A stretch of DNA of 54,008 bases, from IMG/VR virus record IMGVR_UViG_3300002124_000003, positions 1 through 54,008 of that record. One strand, written 5' to 3'. A program made the translations under genes and the position numbers. The notes under the pieces are model-generated. The model was given only the letters and a program-made list of their open reading frames with translations, was not told where the DNA came from and did no database searches. The first letter of the stretch is position 1. Each line of letters starts with the position of its first letter. Source of the stretch: a virus (lineage: Duplodnaviria; Caudoviricetes). Of this stretch, positions 27,193 through 36,486 are shown piece by piece.

Positions 27193-29114
27193 CTGACATG
27201 ATCGCAACCCCTACCATGATTGAACGAGCCAACGATTTACTGCGCAGGGGAATCGTACCCATCCCCCTGCATGGCAAAATCCCTCGCCTGTCCGGTTGGC
27301 AAAAACTCAGCACAAGCACAGTCAATCCTGCGACCATTCAACAATGGCACGACGAAGGCTTGCTCAAGAACATAGGCGTCCTATGCGGCGCGGCATCCGG
27401 CAATCTGCTGGTCTTCGACTTTGATGGTCTGGACGGCTACAAAACCTACTGTGCGCAGTTTCCCATCCTGTCCGAAACACTTACCGTCGCCACCGGCAGC
27501 GGAAATGGAATGCATGTCTACTACCGTGCAGAAACACTGCCGAAGTCCACCGGGCAGCTCGCCGTCCCGGGTGGGCACGTCGAGATCAAAGCGGATGGTC
27601 GTCAAGTCGTGGCTCCACCTTCTGTGCATCCTGACACTGGCGCATTGTATGAGGTATATAAGCGCATCGACATTCATCCCCTCCCTTCTGGCGACATGCA
27701 GACTATTCTCGATTGGATAGCGAAACACAATGAGCCAGAGCGCACCTATACTCCGGAACCGCAGGCTCCATCGACCAATGGCACAGCTCATCGCGCTTAT
27801 GCTGAGGCCGCGCTGACCAATGAAACGAATCTGTTGGCGACCATGCCCAGCGGCGGGCGCAATGACCAGTTGACCGTCGCCGCTTTTTCGCTGGGGCAGA
27901 TTGTGGCCGCCGGGCATCTGACAAGGGATGAAGTCAAACGGGCCTTGCTTGGCGCTTGCCAAGCCAATAATCTGATCAAAGACGATGGTGTGAAAACCTT
28001 TGAAGCCACTTTTGAGAGCGGCCTACGCGCAGGCATGGGACAGCCGCGCTACATCCCGGATCGACCCATGCCGCGACCGCTGTTACCAGGACAGCCCGCC
28101 TACGTGCCCCCGCCTATGAAAGTGCCCACCGACATTGTGACTATCGGGCAGACCCGGATTATCAAACGCACCTCTCTGTTTGAGGATTTAGCACGGCGTA
28201 TCAATGATGACCAGTACGTCCCCCCTGTGCCGCCAATTCCCTTCCCGCTTAAATGTCTCCATTTTTTAGGAGGGCAGGCTCGAGTAACCAAAGTGGGGAA
28301 GGTCTGCGCGCTGGTCGGTGCATCCGGTAGTGGAAAAACGTCAGCGCTCGAAACACTGGCGGATCATTATGTGCAGCAGGGGACACCAGTCTGTATCTGG
28401 ACGCCGGAATGGACACCGGACGAAATGGCTGAGCGTGCCGTTCAGCGCTATGGCGGACCATCGCAGGATGAATTATACGCTCATGAAATTGCCAAATGGC
28501 GCGCTCAGCAGGGTCTGGAATTTGAACTGCGCGATTATCTTACCATTGCTCAGCGTGAGGCAGCTAATAAGGCGCTGGCGCATATCATGTTGTGGGAAAC
28601 CGAAGTGAACTATATGGAAAACACGACTCTGAATATGACCGCGATGGCTGAAATAATCCAGGCGATGCGCGAAACGGTCAAGCCTTTTCCGCGTGTGTTC
28701 ATCGTGGATTACATACAGCTTCTCAAGTCCAATGAAGCGGATACTGATGATAGTAGTATGTACAACCTGATTCAACGGTTCAAATCGCTGTGCGTCTATT
28801 ATGGTCTGATCGGGTGGGTGGCTACCCAGACGGTCAAAGAGGATGCTCGGAGGAATATCAAACAGGGTGAGTTCATGGGCACAACTGTGCTGAACTGTAC
28901 TAAAAACAGTAGGGGCCGCAAAGGTAAAGTGCGTGTGAAATATGATGCCGACCGTCTGCGGATCGGCGATACAGCACATCCTAACCAGATCTTTAACGAT
29001 GAATCATACTGGTTGGGTTCTCAGGCGGGACGATGGGTCAATGATGATGCGTTTAATCTCTGGGTGACATTAAACCCGGAATATGAGGAAAATTCGCAAA
29101 CCGCAGAATTTTAG
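27189..29114 (+). CDS. Bifunctional primase-polymerase fused to SF4 (DnaB-like) helicase
   Basis: NIGVLCG, VFDFD, TGSGNGMHVYY, VVAPPSVHP; GASGSGKT Walker A, IVDYIQLL, ATQ, KNSRG. Confidence 0.9.
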   Translation: MTDMIATPTMIERANDLLRRGIVPIPLHGKIPRLSGWQKLSTSTVNPATIQQWHDEGLLKNIGVLCGAASGNLLVFDFDGLDGYKTYCAQFPILSETLTVATGSGNGMHVYYRAETLPKSTGQLAVPGGHVEIKADGRQVVAPPSVHPDTGALYEVYKRIDIHPLPSGDMQTILDWIAKHNEPERTYTPEPQAPSTNGTAHRAYAEAALTNETNLLATMPSGGRNDQLTVAAFSLGQIVAAGHLTRDEVKRALLGACQANNLIKDDGVKTFEATFESGLRAGMGQPRYIPDRPMPRPLLPGQPAYVPPPMKVPTDIVTIGQTRIIKRTSLFEDLARRINDDQYVPPVPPIPFPLKCLHFLGGQARVTKVGKVCALVGASGSGKTSALETLADHYVQQGTPVCIWTPEWTPDEMAERAVQRYGGPSQDELYAHEIAKWRAQQGLEFELRDYLTIAQREAANKALAHIMLWETEVNYMENTTLNMTAMAEIIQAMRETVKPFPRVFIVDYIQLLKSNEADTDDSSMYNLIQRFKSLCVYYGLIGWVATQTVKEDARRNIKQGEFMGTTVLNCTKNSRGRKGKVRVKYDADRLRIGDTAHPNQIFNDESYWLGSQAGRWVNDDAFNLWVTLNPEYEENSQTAEF

Positions 29115-29190
29115 TGACTTCCCCGGTACATTACCGCCGCCAAGCAAGAGATGTACCGGGGCCTGCATACACAGGAAAGGACAGTATAGC

Positions 29191-29415
29191 GTGTTTGAAT
29201 TGTCTGAGCTATATCGAGAGGCACTGGTGTTAATCAATCAAATCAACGAATGTCTCAAGGCTGTGCAGTTTGCCAATGTGGATGACACCTTGATTTGCGC
29301 TAAGGCCGATCTGCGTTACTGGTGCTGGCAGTACCGGTTGAGCGAAGCAACCGTACTATCCGGTTTGATGATCATTGAAAAGGCGCGGGATGCGCTAGAA
29401 GGGATACCAGAATGA
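29191..29415 (+). CDS. Hypothetical protein
   Basis: GTG start after AGGAAAGGA. Confidence 0.5.
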   Translation: MFELSELYREALVLINQINECLKAVQFANVDDTLICAKADLRYWCWQYRLSEATVLSGLMIIEKARDALEGIPE

Positions 29416-29636
29416 CCGCCCGATCCTACCAACTCAGCAAGCCGGCGCCGGACGACGGCCCGGCGGAGACCATTGCCAGTCTGCGGAAAGTGACCGTCGG
29501 CTACGAAATCAGTTGGCGCAGTCCGCGTGACCGGCGGCGCACCTGGCTCACGACGCGCACCGCGCACCTGGCAGAAACCGCGTTCCTGGAATGCGTGCCC
29601 GATGGCAAGGTGGCTAAAGGGAAGGGGGTCTCGTGA
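29412..29636 (+). CDS. Hypothetical protein
   Basis: Overlaps at both ends. Confidence 0.5.
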   Translation: MTARSYQLSKPAPDDGPAETIASLRKVTVGYEISWRSPRDRRRTWLTTRTAHLAETAFLECVPDGKVAKGKGVS

Positions 29637-30709
29637 CCTATACTATTGGCGAACTCTTTGCGGGCATCGGCGGTTTTTCGCTGGCATTTCATGCCACCGG
29701 CCAGGCACGCACGGCATGGTTTGTCGAGAAAGAACCGTACTGTCAGCAGGTACTGCATAAACACTGGCCTACTGTGCCGATCTTTGGCGACATTTACGAC
29801 TGCCACGACCTGCCTCATGTGGATGTAATCACGGCGGGGTTTCCGTGCCAACCGTTCTCATTAGCGGGCAAACGACAGGGCGAACAGGACGAACGTTACT
29901 TAATCCCGGAGATGTTTCGGGTAATTCAGGAGGTCAGACCCAATGTGGTTCTTTTTGAGAATGTGCCGGGTTTTGCAAGCATCGCTGTTGGGGACACCTT
30001 TAAGCAGTTTCTCCGGGCGCTTGCCGACATGGGGTTCGATGCGCAGTGGGGACATCTGGCCGCTGCTCATGTCGGTGCGCCCCACAAGCGCGAACGCTGG
30101 TTCTGTGTGGCCTACCGCGCAGGTCACAGATACCAACACTGGGCGACTGACGAAAAGCGAAGTCTATCTCAATTCAACGGGCTATCTGAAACGGCGCAAA
30201 ACGGGATGGAAAAGCGCGGTCACAGTACAGTTGAGCGAGGCAGTAGTAGTGTGGTCAACACCCACAAAACAGGATGGCGCAAACAACGCCGGGCCATCAC
30301 AGTTCAACAGGAATTCGCAACCACTCAACACACAGGTCGCATGGGCAACGCCACAAACATTCGACGCAAACAACATCAATCGTTCGCCCAAAGCGTTGGC
30401 ACGCGCAAAGACAATAGGCGGTTGCTCCAATCTCAGGGAACAAGTTACGGGTCAGTTGAACCCCGACTGGGTGGAAACTTTGATGGGCTACCCGCCCGAC
30501 TGGACGGACATCAGTGGCCCGCCCGCCCCGGCCAGGCGCAGTTCGATTGGGAACCGCTGCGTACAACGCAGCGCAAAGACCAGCGGGCGAATCGGCTCAA
30601 GGCGCTGGGCAACGCCGTCGTCCCGCAAGTTGTCCTCCCGATTGCGACCGCCATTGTGGAGTGGCTTGATACGCAGTCGCAAACAGGTCAGGAGGAAAAA
30701 ATAGCATGA
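29633..30709 (+). CDS. dcm: DNA (cytosine-5) methyltransferase, alpha-type chain
   Basis: LFAGIGG (I), GFPCQPFS (IV), ENVPG (VI), HKRERWF (VIII), RLKALGNAVVPQV (X). Confidence 0.92.
   Translation: MTYTIGELFAGIGGFSLAFHATGQARTAWFVEKEPYCQQVLHKHWPTVPIFGDIYDCHDLPHVDVITAGFPCQPFSLAGKRQGEQDERYLIPEMFRVIQEVRPNVVLFENVPGFASIAVGDTFKQFLRALADMGFDAQWGHLAAAHVGAPHKRERWFCVAYRAGHRYQHWATDEKRSLSQFNGLSETAQNGMEKRGHSTVERGSSSVVNTHKTGWRKQRRAITVQQEFATTQHTGRMGNATNIRRKQHQSFAQSVGTRKDNRRLLQSQGTSYGSVEPRLGGNFDGLPARLDGHQWPARPGQAQFDWEPLRTTQRKDQRANRLKALGNAVVPQVVLPIATAIVEWLDTQSQTGQEEKIA
29943..30704 (+). CDS. Nested out-of-frame methyltransferase beta-type chain (start uncertain)
   Basis: WPTA/WSTP/WATP repeats and GQLNPDWVETLMGYPPDWT (motif IX-like). 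Confidence 0.7.
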   Translation: MWFFLRMCRVLQASLLGTPLSSFSGRLPTWGSMRSGDIWPLLMSVRPTSANAGSVWPTAQVTDTNTGRLTKSEVYLNSTGYLKRRKTGWKSAVTVQLSEAVVVWSTPTKQDGANNAGPSQFNRNSQPLNTQVAWATPQTFDANNINRSPKALARAKTIGGCSNLREQVTGQLNPDWVETLMGYPPDWTDISGPPAPARRSSIGNRCVQRSAKTSGRIGSRRWATPSSRKLSSRLRPPLWSGLIRSRKQVRRKK

Positions 30710-31044
30710 TGTCCGAAACGTGTCCGCAATCTGTCCGGCTTCTGCCGGCCATCTGCCCACCCGGTGGTAGCTATGACCCCTATCCCTGGAAAGGCATTAT
30801 CGTGACTACAAGCGAAGGCTCTATTCGCACGAACGGCTATGAAGACCTGACCTACGTGCTGTCCTGTCTCACCCTACGGGCTTTCATGGACGACCTGTAC
30901 GCGGCGCTGGCGCTGGTCGTGCTGAACATAGCGCTCACAGATCGGTGGACGCGGGGCGGGGCAAAGGTCGTCTGTGTCGGCGACTGGCGGGCGCTGGCGG
31001 GCAGGCAGTTGACGCTGCCGATGGACATGGAGGACGTGGCGTGA
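30706..31044 (+). CDS. Hypothetical protein
   Basis: GGAGG RBS, overlap. Confidence 0.5.
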   Translation: MMSETCPQSVRLLPAICPPGGSYDPYPWKGIIVTTSEGSIRTNGYEDLTYVLSCLTLRAFMDDLYAALALVVLNIALTDRWTRGGAKVVCVGDWRALAGRQLTLPMDMEDVA

Positions 31045-31087
31045 CGTTCGAGCAGTACGAAGAAAACCGATTCTGTGAGGGTGAACG

Positions 31088-31270
31088 ATGGGAAAGATAT
31101 TCAATTTGACCGAGATGGGGGATGAGCTTTTCTACGCGTACTGGCAACTGCTGGGTCACTGGCGTAATATCCACGAAGAGCCTCAGCGCCAGAGCGCGAA
31201 AGACTATGAAGCACTGAAAGCGGAGAAGCAGGCGTATGAGGACGAGATCAGGCGGCGACTATGTCAGTAG
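31088..31270 (+). CDS. Hypothetical protein
   Basis: GAGGGTG RBS. Confidence 0.5.
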   Translation: MGKIFNLTEMGDELFYAYWQLLGHWRNIHEEPQRQSAKDYEALKAEKQAYEDEIRRRLCQ

Positions 31271-31779
31271 TAGATCTGGAGCACATCAAGGCGCGGCACG
31301 AAGACCAATACGAAGAGTTTATCTACCGATCGCGCCTTGAGCCAATTGTGGACTACGAGATGGCGCTATATGCGTCTATCAAGGATGTTGGCACATTACT
31401 GGCGGAAGTCGAGCGCCTGAATGCCACGCTGGACGGCGCGCGCACTCAGGCTGCCGAGGACATTGGCGTGCTGAAAGCCGAAGTCGAGCGCGGGCGAGGT
31501 GAACTGATGAACACACAACAGGCCGCCACTTTGTGGATAAATAAGTGCGAGGATGAGGAATCCGCGCACGGTGCGACTCAAGAGCGCCTGCGGACTATCG
31601 AGGCGGCGGCGCGAGAGATGCGTGATTATATCACTCTGCGGGACGTTGCGACGATGGATGGCGGCGTGCGCAGTGCGGAGGAAAAGCTCAAGCGGTGGGA
31701 TGACGCGCTGGCGGGGCAGGGGGCGGGGGCGCAGAAACCGGCGGACAGTGCGGTTGACGCGACGCCAAACACTTTGTAG
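31261..31779 (+). CDS. Coiled-coil phage protein
   Basis: LEHIKAR...DVGTLLAEVERL motif. Confidence 0.6.
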   Translation: MSVVDLEHIKARHEDQYEEFIYRSRLEPIVDYEMALYASIKDVGTLLAEVERLNATLDGARTQAAEDIGVLKAEVERGRGELMNTQQAATLWINKCEDEESAHGATQERLRTIEAAAREMRDYITLRDVATMDGGVRSAEEKLKRWDDALAGQGAGAQKPADSAVDATPNTL

Positions 31780-31823
31780 AATGGCATTTAGAGCAAGTTA
31801 ACTTGTCAAGAGGATGGCATACT

Positions 31824-32072
31824 ATGGAAACACGGGCTAGCACGAGCGTGGGCAGTAAATTGTACCCTGACCAGAAAGATGCATGGGACACAGCGCGGGG
31901 CGATATGGATAGCTCAGAAGCCCTGCGACAGGCCATGTTTCTATTCTGCGAGAAAAGGGGAATCCACTTCCCGATGTATGATACCGGCGGGCGCGGTGGG
32001 GATCGTGTGAGCGACGCGAAAGTAAAGCCTGTTCTGATCGAAGCGAAAGCCGCGCGAACAGACCCCCAATAA
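31824..32072 (+). CDS. Putative RHH/CopG-like regulator
   Basis: Strand-helix-helix with SEALRQAM; GAGGA RBS. Confidence 0.55.
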   Translation: METRASTSVGSKLYPDQKDAWDTARGDMDSSEALRQAMFLFCEKRGIHFPMYDTGGRGGDRVSDAKVKPVLIEAKAARTDPQ

Positions 32073-32088
32073 CTGATTGTTTTTCTAC

Positions 32089-32118
32089 TTGACAATCAAG
32101 TTCAACTTGGTATATACT
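32089..32118 (+). promoter_or_regulatory. Promoter with palindromic operator in the spacer
   Basis: TTGACA-18 bp-TATACT; the spacer holds CAAGTT-C-AACTTG. Confidence 0.75.
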
Positions 32119-32152
32119 GGTAGCATAGATAAAGAACAAAACGGAGCGACCA

Positions 32153-32686
32153 ATGAACAGCAACGAAACCCCGAAATTTGACCACAGCCGGTTTGATGAC
32201 ATCTTCGGTGATAACCTTGACCGCGAAGCGATGGATCAGCCAAGTGGCAAAGAAACCGTCAACGCTGCTGACCTTCCGAAACCCGCTGCTGATACCGAAT
32301 ACGAAACCGTGACCGTGACTGAATTCGACACTGAACTTGGTTACGTAACCGAGACAATCAAGGTCAAGAAAGCGATTGAGCACACCATCACCGCAGAAGA
32401 TGACGACCGCAAGGATTTTGGCGACCTGACCATCCGCATCCGTATTAATGCGGTGTACATCGGCGGCGAAGACCAACTGAACATTCAGGTCTACGGCTGG
32501 CGCAACGATGATCCGCAGGCTGACGATGCTTTTGTCGGTGAGTATGAGGTAGACATGCTCAATCTCTACCTTCCCGACGATGGCAGTTTCGAGGAAGACG
32601 GCGAGGCCACTTTCACGCTCACGCAGAAACAGATCGACGACGCGTTGGCGCTGTATGATGAGCTATACATGAGCGAAGAGAGCTAG
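32153..32686 (+). CDS. Highly acidic hypothetical protein
   Basis: GGAG RBS; very D/E-rich. Confidence 0.75.
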   Translation: MNSNETPKFDHSRFDDIFGDNLDREAMDQPSGKETVNAADLPKPAADTEYETVTVTEFDTELGYVTETIKVKKAIEHTITAEDDDRKDFGDLTIRIRINAVYIGGEDQLNIQVYGWRNDDPQADDAFVGEYEVDMLNLYLPDDGSFEEDGEATFTLTQKQIDDALALYDELYMSEES

Positions 32687-32731
32687 CACGAACGCCGGGG
32701 GCTGCGGCCCTTTACGAAACGGAGCGACGAA

Positions 32732-33544
32732 ATGAACAGCAAATTTAACTACACAGTGAACCCGAACTACAAACTCTATCACAGTGATGGATTTCAGCAC
32801 TTTGTGCTGGATGCCCGAACTGGTCAACACTACAGCGTGTCCCCGGCGGGCAAAGTAGCAGTTACCAAAGCGCAGTTCAGTAAAATGTATAAGACACTGC
32901 AAGGTGTTGGTTATCTGGACTCTGAATACAATGTCTGGTCAATTGATGAAACCGGCGAAAGTTTCATGTACCCATTTTCCTACGGGCACGCAGATCACGA
33001 TGAATTCCGCGCTTGGTGGACTGAACGAATTTCCGAAACTCAGGCATATCAGGTCGAAGATGAAGAATCCATCGCTCAGGAATACGCCCAGTTGATCGCA
33101 AAAGTCGAGCTTGGCACGACTACCTGGATTGATAACAATCGTCGTATCCAGATGGAAAAAGAATACGGGTTGAGTAAACGCAGCAGTTTTGTGCAGCTTA
33201 CACCGCACAGTAAAGCGCCCATCGCATCTGTGATCCGCGCTATTGAGACTGAAATGCGTGTTGAAGCAACGCAAATCAAAGCTGCACTGCAACGCAAGGC
33301 TCAACAGACGATGCCAGAATTTTGGCTAATCGAAACCGAGACTTCTCCCACTTTGATTCAATTCAAAATTGTCAGCACATTACCTCGCTTCCGCTGGTCT
33401 GGTTCGAGCACATTCTCTCTGTCGAACAAGACGGATGCGCAGATCGAGAAGGAATACATCGAAGCCCGCCGCTGGGCTGAAGGCATTTTTGCGCACGCAC
33501 AGGCCGATCCCTATGCAGATCGGTTTTATGAGAGCTACATCTAG
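32732..33544 (+). CDS. Hypothetical protein
   Basis: 270-aa ORF, GGAG RBS, lower GC. Confidence 0.75.
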   Translation: MNSKFNYTVNPNYKLYHSDGFQHFVLDARTGQHYSVSPAGKVAVTKAQFSKMYKTLQGVGYLDSEYNVWSIDETGESFMYPFSYGHADHDEFRAWWTERISETQAYQVEDEESIAQEYAQLIAKVELGTTTWIDNNRRIQMEKEYGLSKRSSFVQLTPHSKAPIASVIRAIETEMRVEATQIKAALQRKAQQTMPEFWLIETETSPTLIQFKIVSTLPRFRWSGSSTFSLSNKTDAQIEKEYIEARRWAEGIFAHAQADPYADRFYESYI

Positions 33545-33608
33545 TCCACCCACCCAGAACGCGGGGGCTGCGGCCCCCTACCGCCCGCGAGGGCAGGGGG
33601 CAGGAACG

Positions 33609-33782
33609 ATGGAAGAATATCCGGCAACCAAGAACAGTACATTGCAACAGGTGCGTAACTCAGCCGCAAAGCGCAATATGGATTTTCAGACCTATTTGCG
33701 CTATTCAGAGAAACCGAACAATGACCTGACACCAGAGGAACAATGGAAGGCTGAAATCGTCAAAGCGGCCTTCAAGGGCTAG
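33609..33782 (+). CDS. Hypothetical protein
   Basis: ATG 33609 after a G-rich RBS. Confidence 0.55.
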   Translation: MEEYPATKNSTLQQVRNSAAKRNMDFQTYLRYSEKPNNDLTPEEQWKAEIVKAAFKG

Positions 33783-33791
33783 AACGCAAAC

Positions 33792-33850
33792 AAGCCCCGG
33801 CATTCACCGGGGCAGGGGAGCAGAGCAGCGCTTCGGCGCTGTTTTTGTTT
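33792..33850. terminator. Convergent terminators between early arm and lysis block
   Basis: GCCCCGG/CCGGGGC hairpin and CAGCGC-TTCG-GCGCTG-TTTTT. Confidence 0.8.
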
Positions 33851-34332
33851 TAGCCTTTCGCGCCGCTGGCAAACGCCGGGCGTTGATAGCCCACAAATCC
33901 GACGTTCGCAGCTTTCATGACGTGGTAGGTGGCGGCACTGGCCGTCTGGCGTGCAAACAAGCCTGCCAGCGCAGGGGCAATCGCCAGCAGCACCCCGATG
34001 ACGGTGTTAAACTGCACGCCATACCCCAGGTAACTCGTCAGCCAATAGATGACCGTCACAATCCCGGCGACCACGAATTGCAGCGTCCGGGCGGGCACGA
34101 CGTTCAGCGCGGGAATATGTTTGAGCAGCGCCACGAAAAACGTGGTAATCGGGCTGTCCACGAGGCCAATCAGGATCGAGACAATGGTCGCAATCAGCAG
34201 GTTGGCGGCCTGATCCAGCGGAATGACCGGCAGGTCAGGAGTGGGCGGCGGGACTTCCTGCGCCAGCGCGGGCAGGGCAAAGAGCGCCAGCAGCACCAGC
34301 ACGATGAACAACACAAAGATGAGACGTTTCAT
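33850..34332 (-). CDS. Putative holin
   Basis: Signal-like N-terminus plus several TM helices, adjacent to the endolysin candidate. Confidence 0.55.
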   Translation of the reverse strand: MKRLIFVLFIVLVLLALFALPALAQEVPPPTPDLPVIPLDQAANLLIATIVSILIGLVDSPITTFFVALLKHIPALNVVPARTLQFVVAGIVTVIYWLTSYLGYGVQFNTVIGVLLAIAPALAGLFARQTASAATYHVMKAANVGFVGYQRPAFASGAKG

Positions 34333-35955
34333 TTACACAGCCTCCTTCAGGCTTTCCAACTTATCGGCGAGAAATCGGTTGACCTCAGCGTAGCCCGCGC
34401 CCTGTTTCAGCGCGACCTCGGCGATTAGTTCGAGCAGATCCACATAAAGCGCCGTCATTTCAGTATGAAATTCGGCGCGCAAGTCCACCTCCAGATCCAC
34501 CAACGCGTCGGCGAGTTCGGCTTCGGTCACGTACTTGACCGTCGGCAGCGGCGTCGTATCGTCCGGGTCAGGTTCCGGCTCTGGCACAGGGTCCGGCGGC
34601 AGCACGACCGGCGGGCGCGGGTCGAAGGCCACATAGTAGGCGAACACGAAGCCCTCCACGCCGGACGGCGTGCGCACCGGTATCCAGCGGTCGCCGAGGC
34701 TCTTGTACGCCACGCCCGCTTCAGAAACGGCGTACTCGATTTCCATGCCGGTCAGCAGGGTCAGCAGATACTCGCTGGTCGCGTCTTTAGCGCGGCGCAC
34801 GTTGACGCCTTTGTCTGCGCCGTTGATCGTGCGCACTAAAGCGGGGGTATAGAGGCGCATCGGGTTCTCCTCCGGGGTAGGTTCGAGCGGGATGTCGGTC
34901 GGCACGGTAGCACGGTAGGCGTCACCCCACGTTGCCAGTAAGCCGTGCAGTACGGTCATACCGCTGATGTCATAATTGATCCAGCGCGACTCGCCCCGGC
35001 CCCAGCCAAACAGCAGCACGCCGTCGATTTCCGGTTCGTCATAGTTGCCGACGCTGAACGCCTGGACGATTTGTTCCTGATAGGCCCTGTCCAGGCCGGG
35101 GTAAGGCTTCGGGTTCTGATTGTGTTCCGGGTTGTTATAGGTGGCCGCCCAGGCGGGTTCGAGAGTCGCCACCGCGCCGATGCGCTGGTTGCTGTCCAGC
35201 CAAAACGGGCGGGGCAGGGCGTCGGTATAGGCATGATCGTCGGCGATGTCTTCGGCCCCAAATTCCGTAATCAGGTATTTGACCGGTGGCAATTGCTTGC
35301 TCTTGCGGTAGCCTTCCCACCACCGCCAGCGCTCCAGATACCAGGGGTCTTTGCGCGTGCCGTAGACGCTGAAGTACTCATGCAGTCCCAGCCGGATGCT
35401 GTCCGGGAACTGTCCGGCCAGCGCCATGACCTGGTGTGCCAGCCCGATCTCCTCCTGCGGTGGCGTGCCGACGGCACAGTTGAGCGCCACGAAACGCACG
35501 CCGTAGGGCAGGCCGTATTCCATCGCCGAATATTCCCAGACGATCATCGGCACAGACCAGCCCGCCTCGTTGTGCAGGTGCAGCCACAGGTCGCCGTCTC
35601 GGAAGCCCGCCGCGTGCATTTCCTGTCGCCGGTCGAATACCCATTGCGCAGGTTGGGCCAGGGTGTACAGCGTTTCATCGGCGAACATGCGAGGCCGCCA
35701 GATGACCTTATCCGCGTAAGGCAGGAAGTCCTTGAGACGTGGCAGGACGCCGGTGTCGCAGTGGAATAAAATCGCCTTGACGCCGCCTTGCTGTTTCACA
35801 TAAGCCAGCACCTTCGCGTAATCGACATCCTGACGGACGTTCAGCCCAATCGGGTGACGTTCCGCCGGCGCGGCCAGCGGCTGCACGATCTGAGTATCGC
35901 GTTGGCCCAGGCGAAGCAGGGAGATGTACGGCAGCGGCCAGAGGCGGGGGGTCAT
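34333..35955 (-). CDS. Putative endolysin: clan GH-A TIM barrel, SH3b, helical tail
   Basis: HNEAG, GLHEY, ITEFG; VNVRRAKD...WIPVRTPSGVEGFV. Confidence 0.65.
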   Translation of the reverse strand: MTPRLWPLPYISLLRLGQRDTQIVQPLAAPAERHPIGLNVRQDVDYAKVLAYVKQQGGVKAILFHCDTGVLPRLKDFLPYADKVIWRPRMFADETLYTLAQPAQWVFDRRQEMHAAGFRDGDLWLHLHNEAGWSVPMIVWEYSAMEYGLPYGVRFVALNCAVGTPPQEEIGLAHQVMALAGQFPDSIRLGLHEYFSVYGTRKDPWYLERWRWWEGYRKSKQLPPVKYLITEFGAEDIADDHAYTDALPRPFWLDSNQRIGAVATLEPAWAATYNNPEHNQNPKPYPGLDRAYQEQIVQAFSVGNYDEPEIDGVLLFGWGRGESRWINYDISGMTVLHGLLATWGDAYRATVPTDIPLEPTPEENPMRLYTPALVRTINGADKGVNVRRAKDATSEYLLTLLTGMEIEYAVSEAGVAYKSLGDRWIPVRTPSGVEGFVFAYYVAFDPRPPVVLPPDPVPEPEPDPDDTTPLPTVKYVTEAELADALVDLEVDLRAEFHTEMTALYVDLLELIAEVALKQGAGYAEVNRFLADKLESLKEAV

Positions 35956-36236
35956 GCTAGCCAGCCCAGCGTGCCTATGTCATCGCTTCCATCGTCGATC
36001 ACATTGCCTACATCGGCCATATATTCCATTAAATCGTCAACGCTGCATGGGCCGTAAACCAGGTCTACAGGGCACGCAATGAGGTTAAACTTCACAGTGA
36101 TTTGAGCCAGAGAGAGTGTCGAGGCATCAGAACGAATGCCATGATAATGCGGGATTCTCGCGTCATCGTACCAGCGCTGTACATACCAATAATAGCCATG
36201 CGGAAAATCTGCCAGGTCGTCAAATATCGGAACCAT
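35952..36236 (-). CDS. Hypothetical protein
   Basis: AGGAG RBS, overlap. Confidence 0.5.
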   Translation of the reverse strand: MVPIFDDLADFPHGYYWYVQRWYDDARIPHYHGIRSDASTLSLAQITVKFNLIACPVDLVYGPCSVDDLMEYMADVGNVIDDGSDDIGTLGWLA

Positions 36237-36486
36237 TGATCAACTCCTGGATGGCTTCCTGATGTCGAATAGCCTCTCGTGGAATCTTTAATAACTCGCC
36301 CGCCTTGTCTTCTGAAATAGATTGTGCGATGACAATACACTCGTCGTTTTCCAGAATGAGCCAGCCCACAGTGTGCATTAACATCACGGGCGCGCGGGCC
36401 GCTTCAAGGTATTCCGCACGGTCATACCATCCGGGATGTGAGCTTGTATCGCGCCAGCGAATGTACACTGGTCGTAGACTATCCAT
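36220..36486 (-). CDS. Conserved phage protein (Sm-like)
   Basis: VYIRWRDT...GW...TVGWLI...IVIAQS...KIPR.AI. Confidence 0.65.
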   Translation of the reverse strand: MDSLRPVYIRWRDTSSHPGWYDRAEYLEAARAPVMLMHTVGWLILENDECIVIAQSISEDKAGELLKIPREAIRHQEAIQELINGSDI

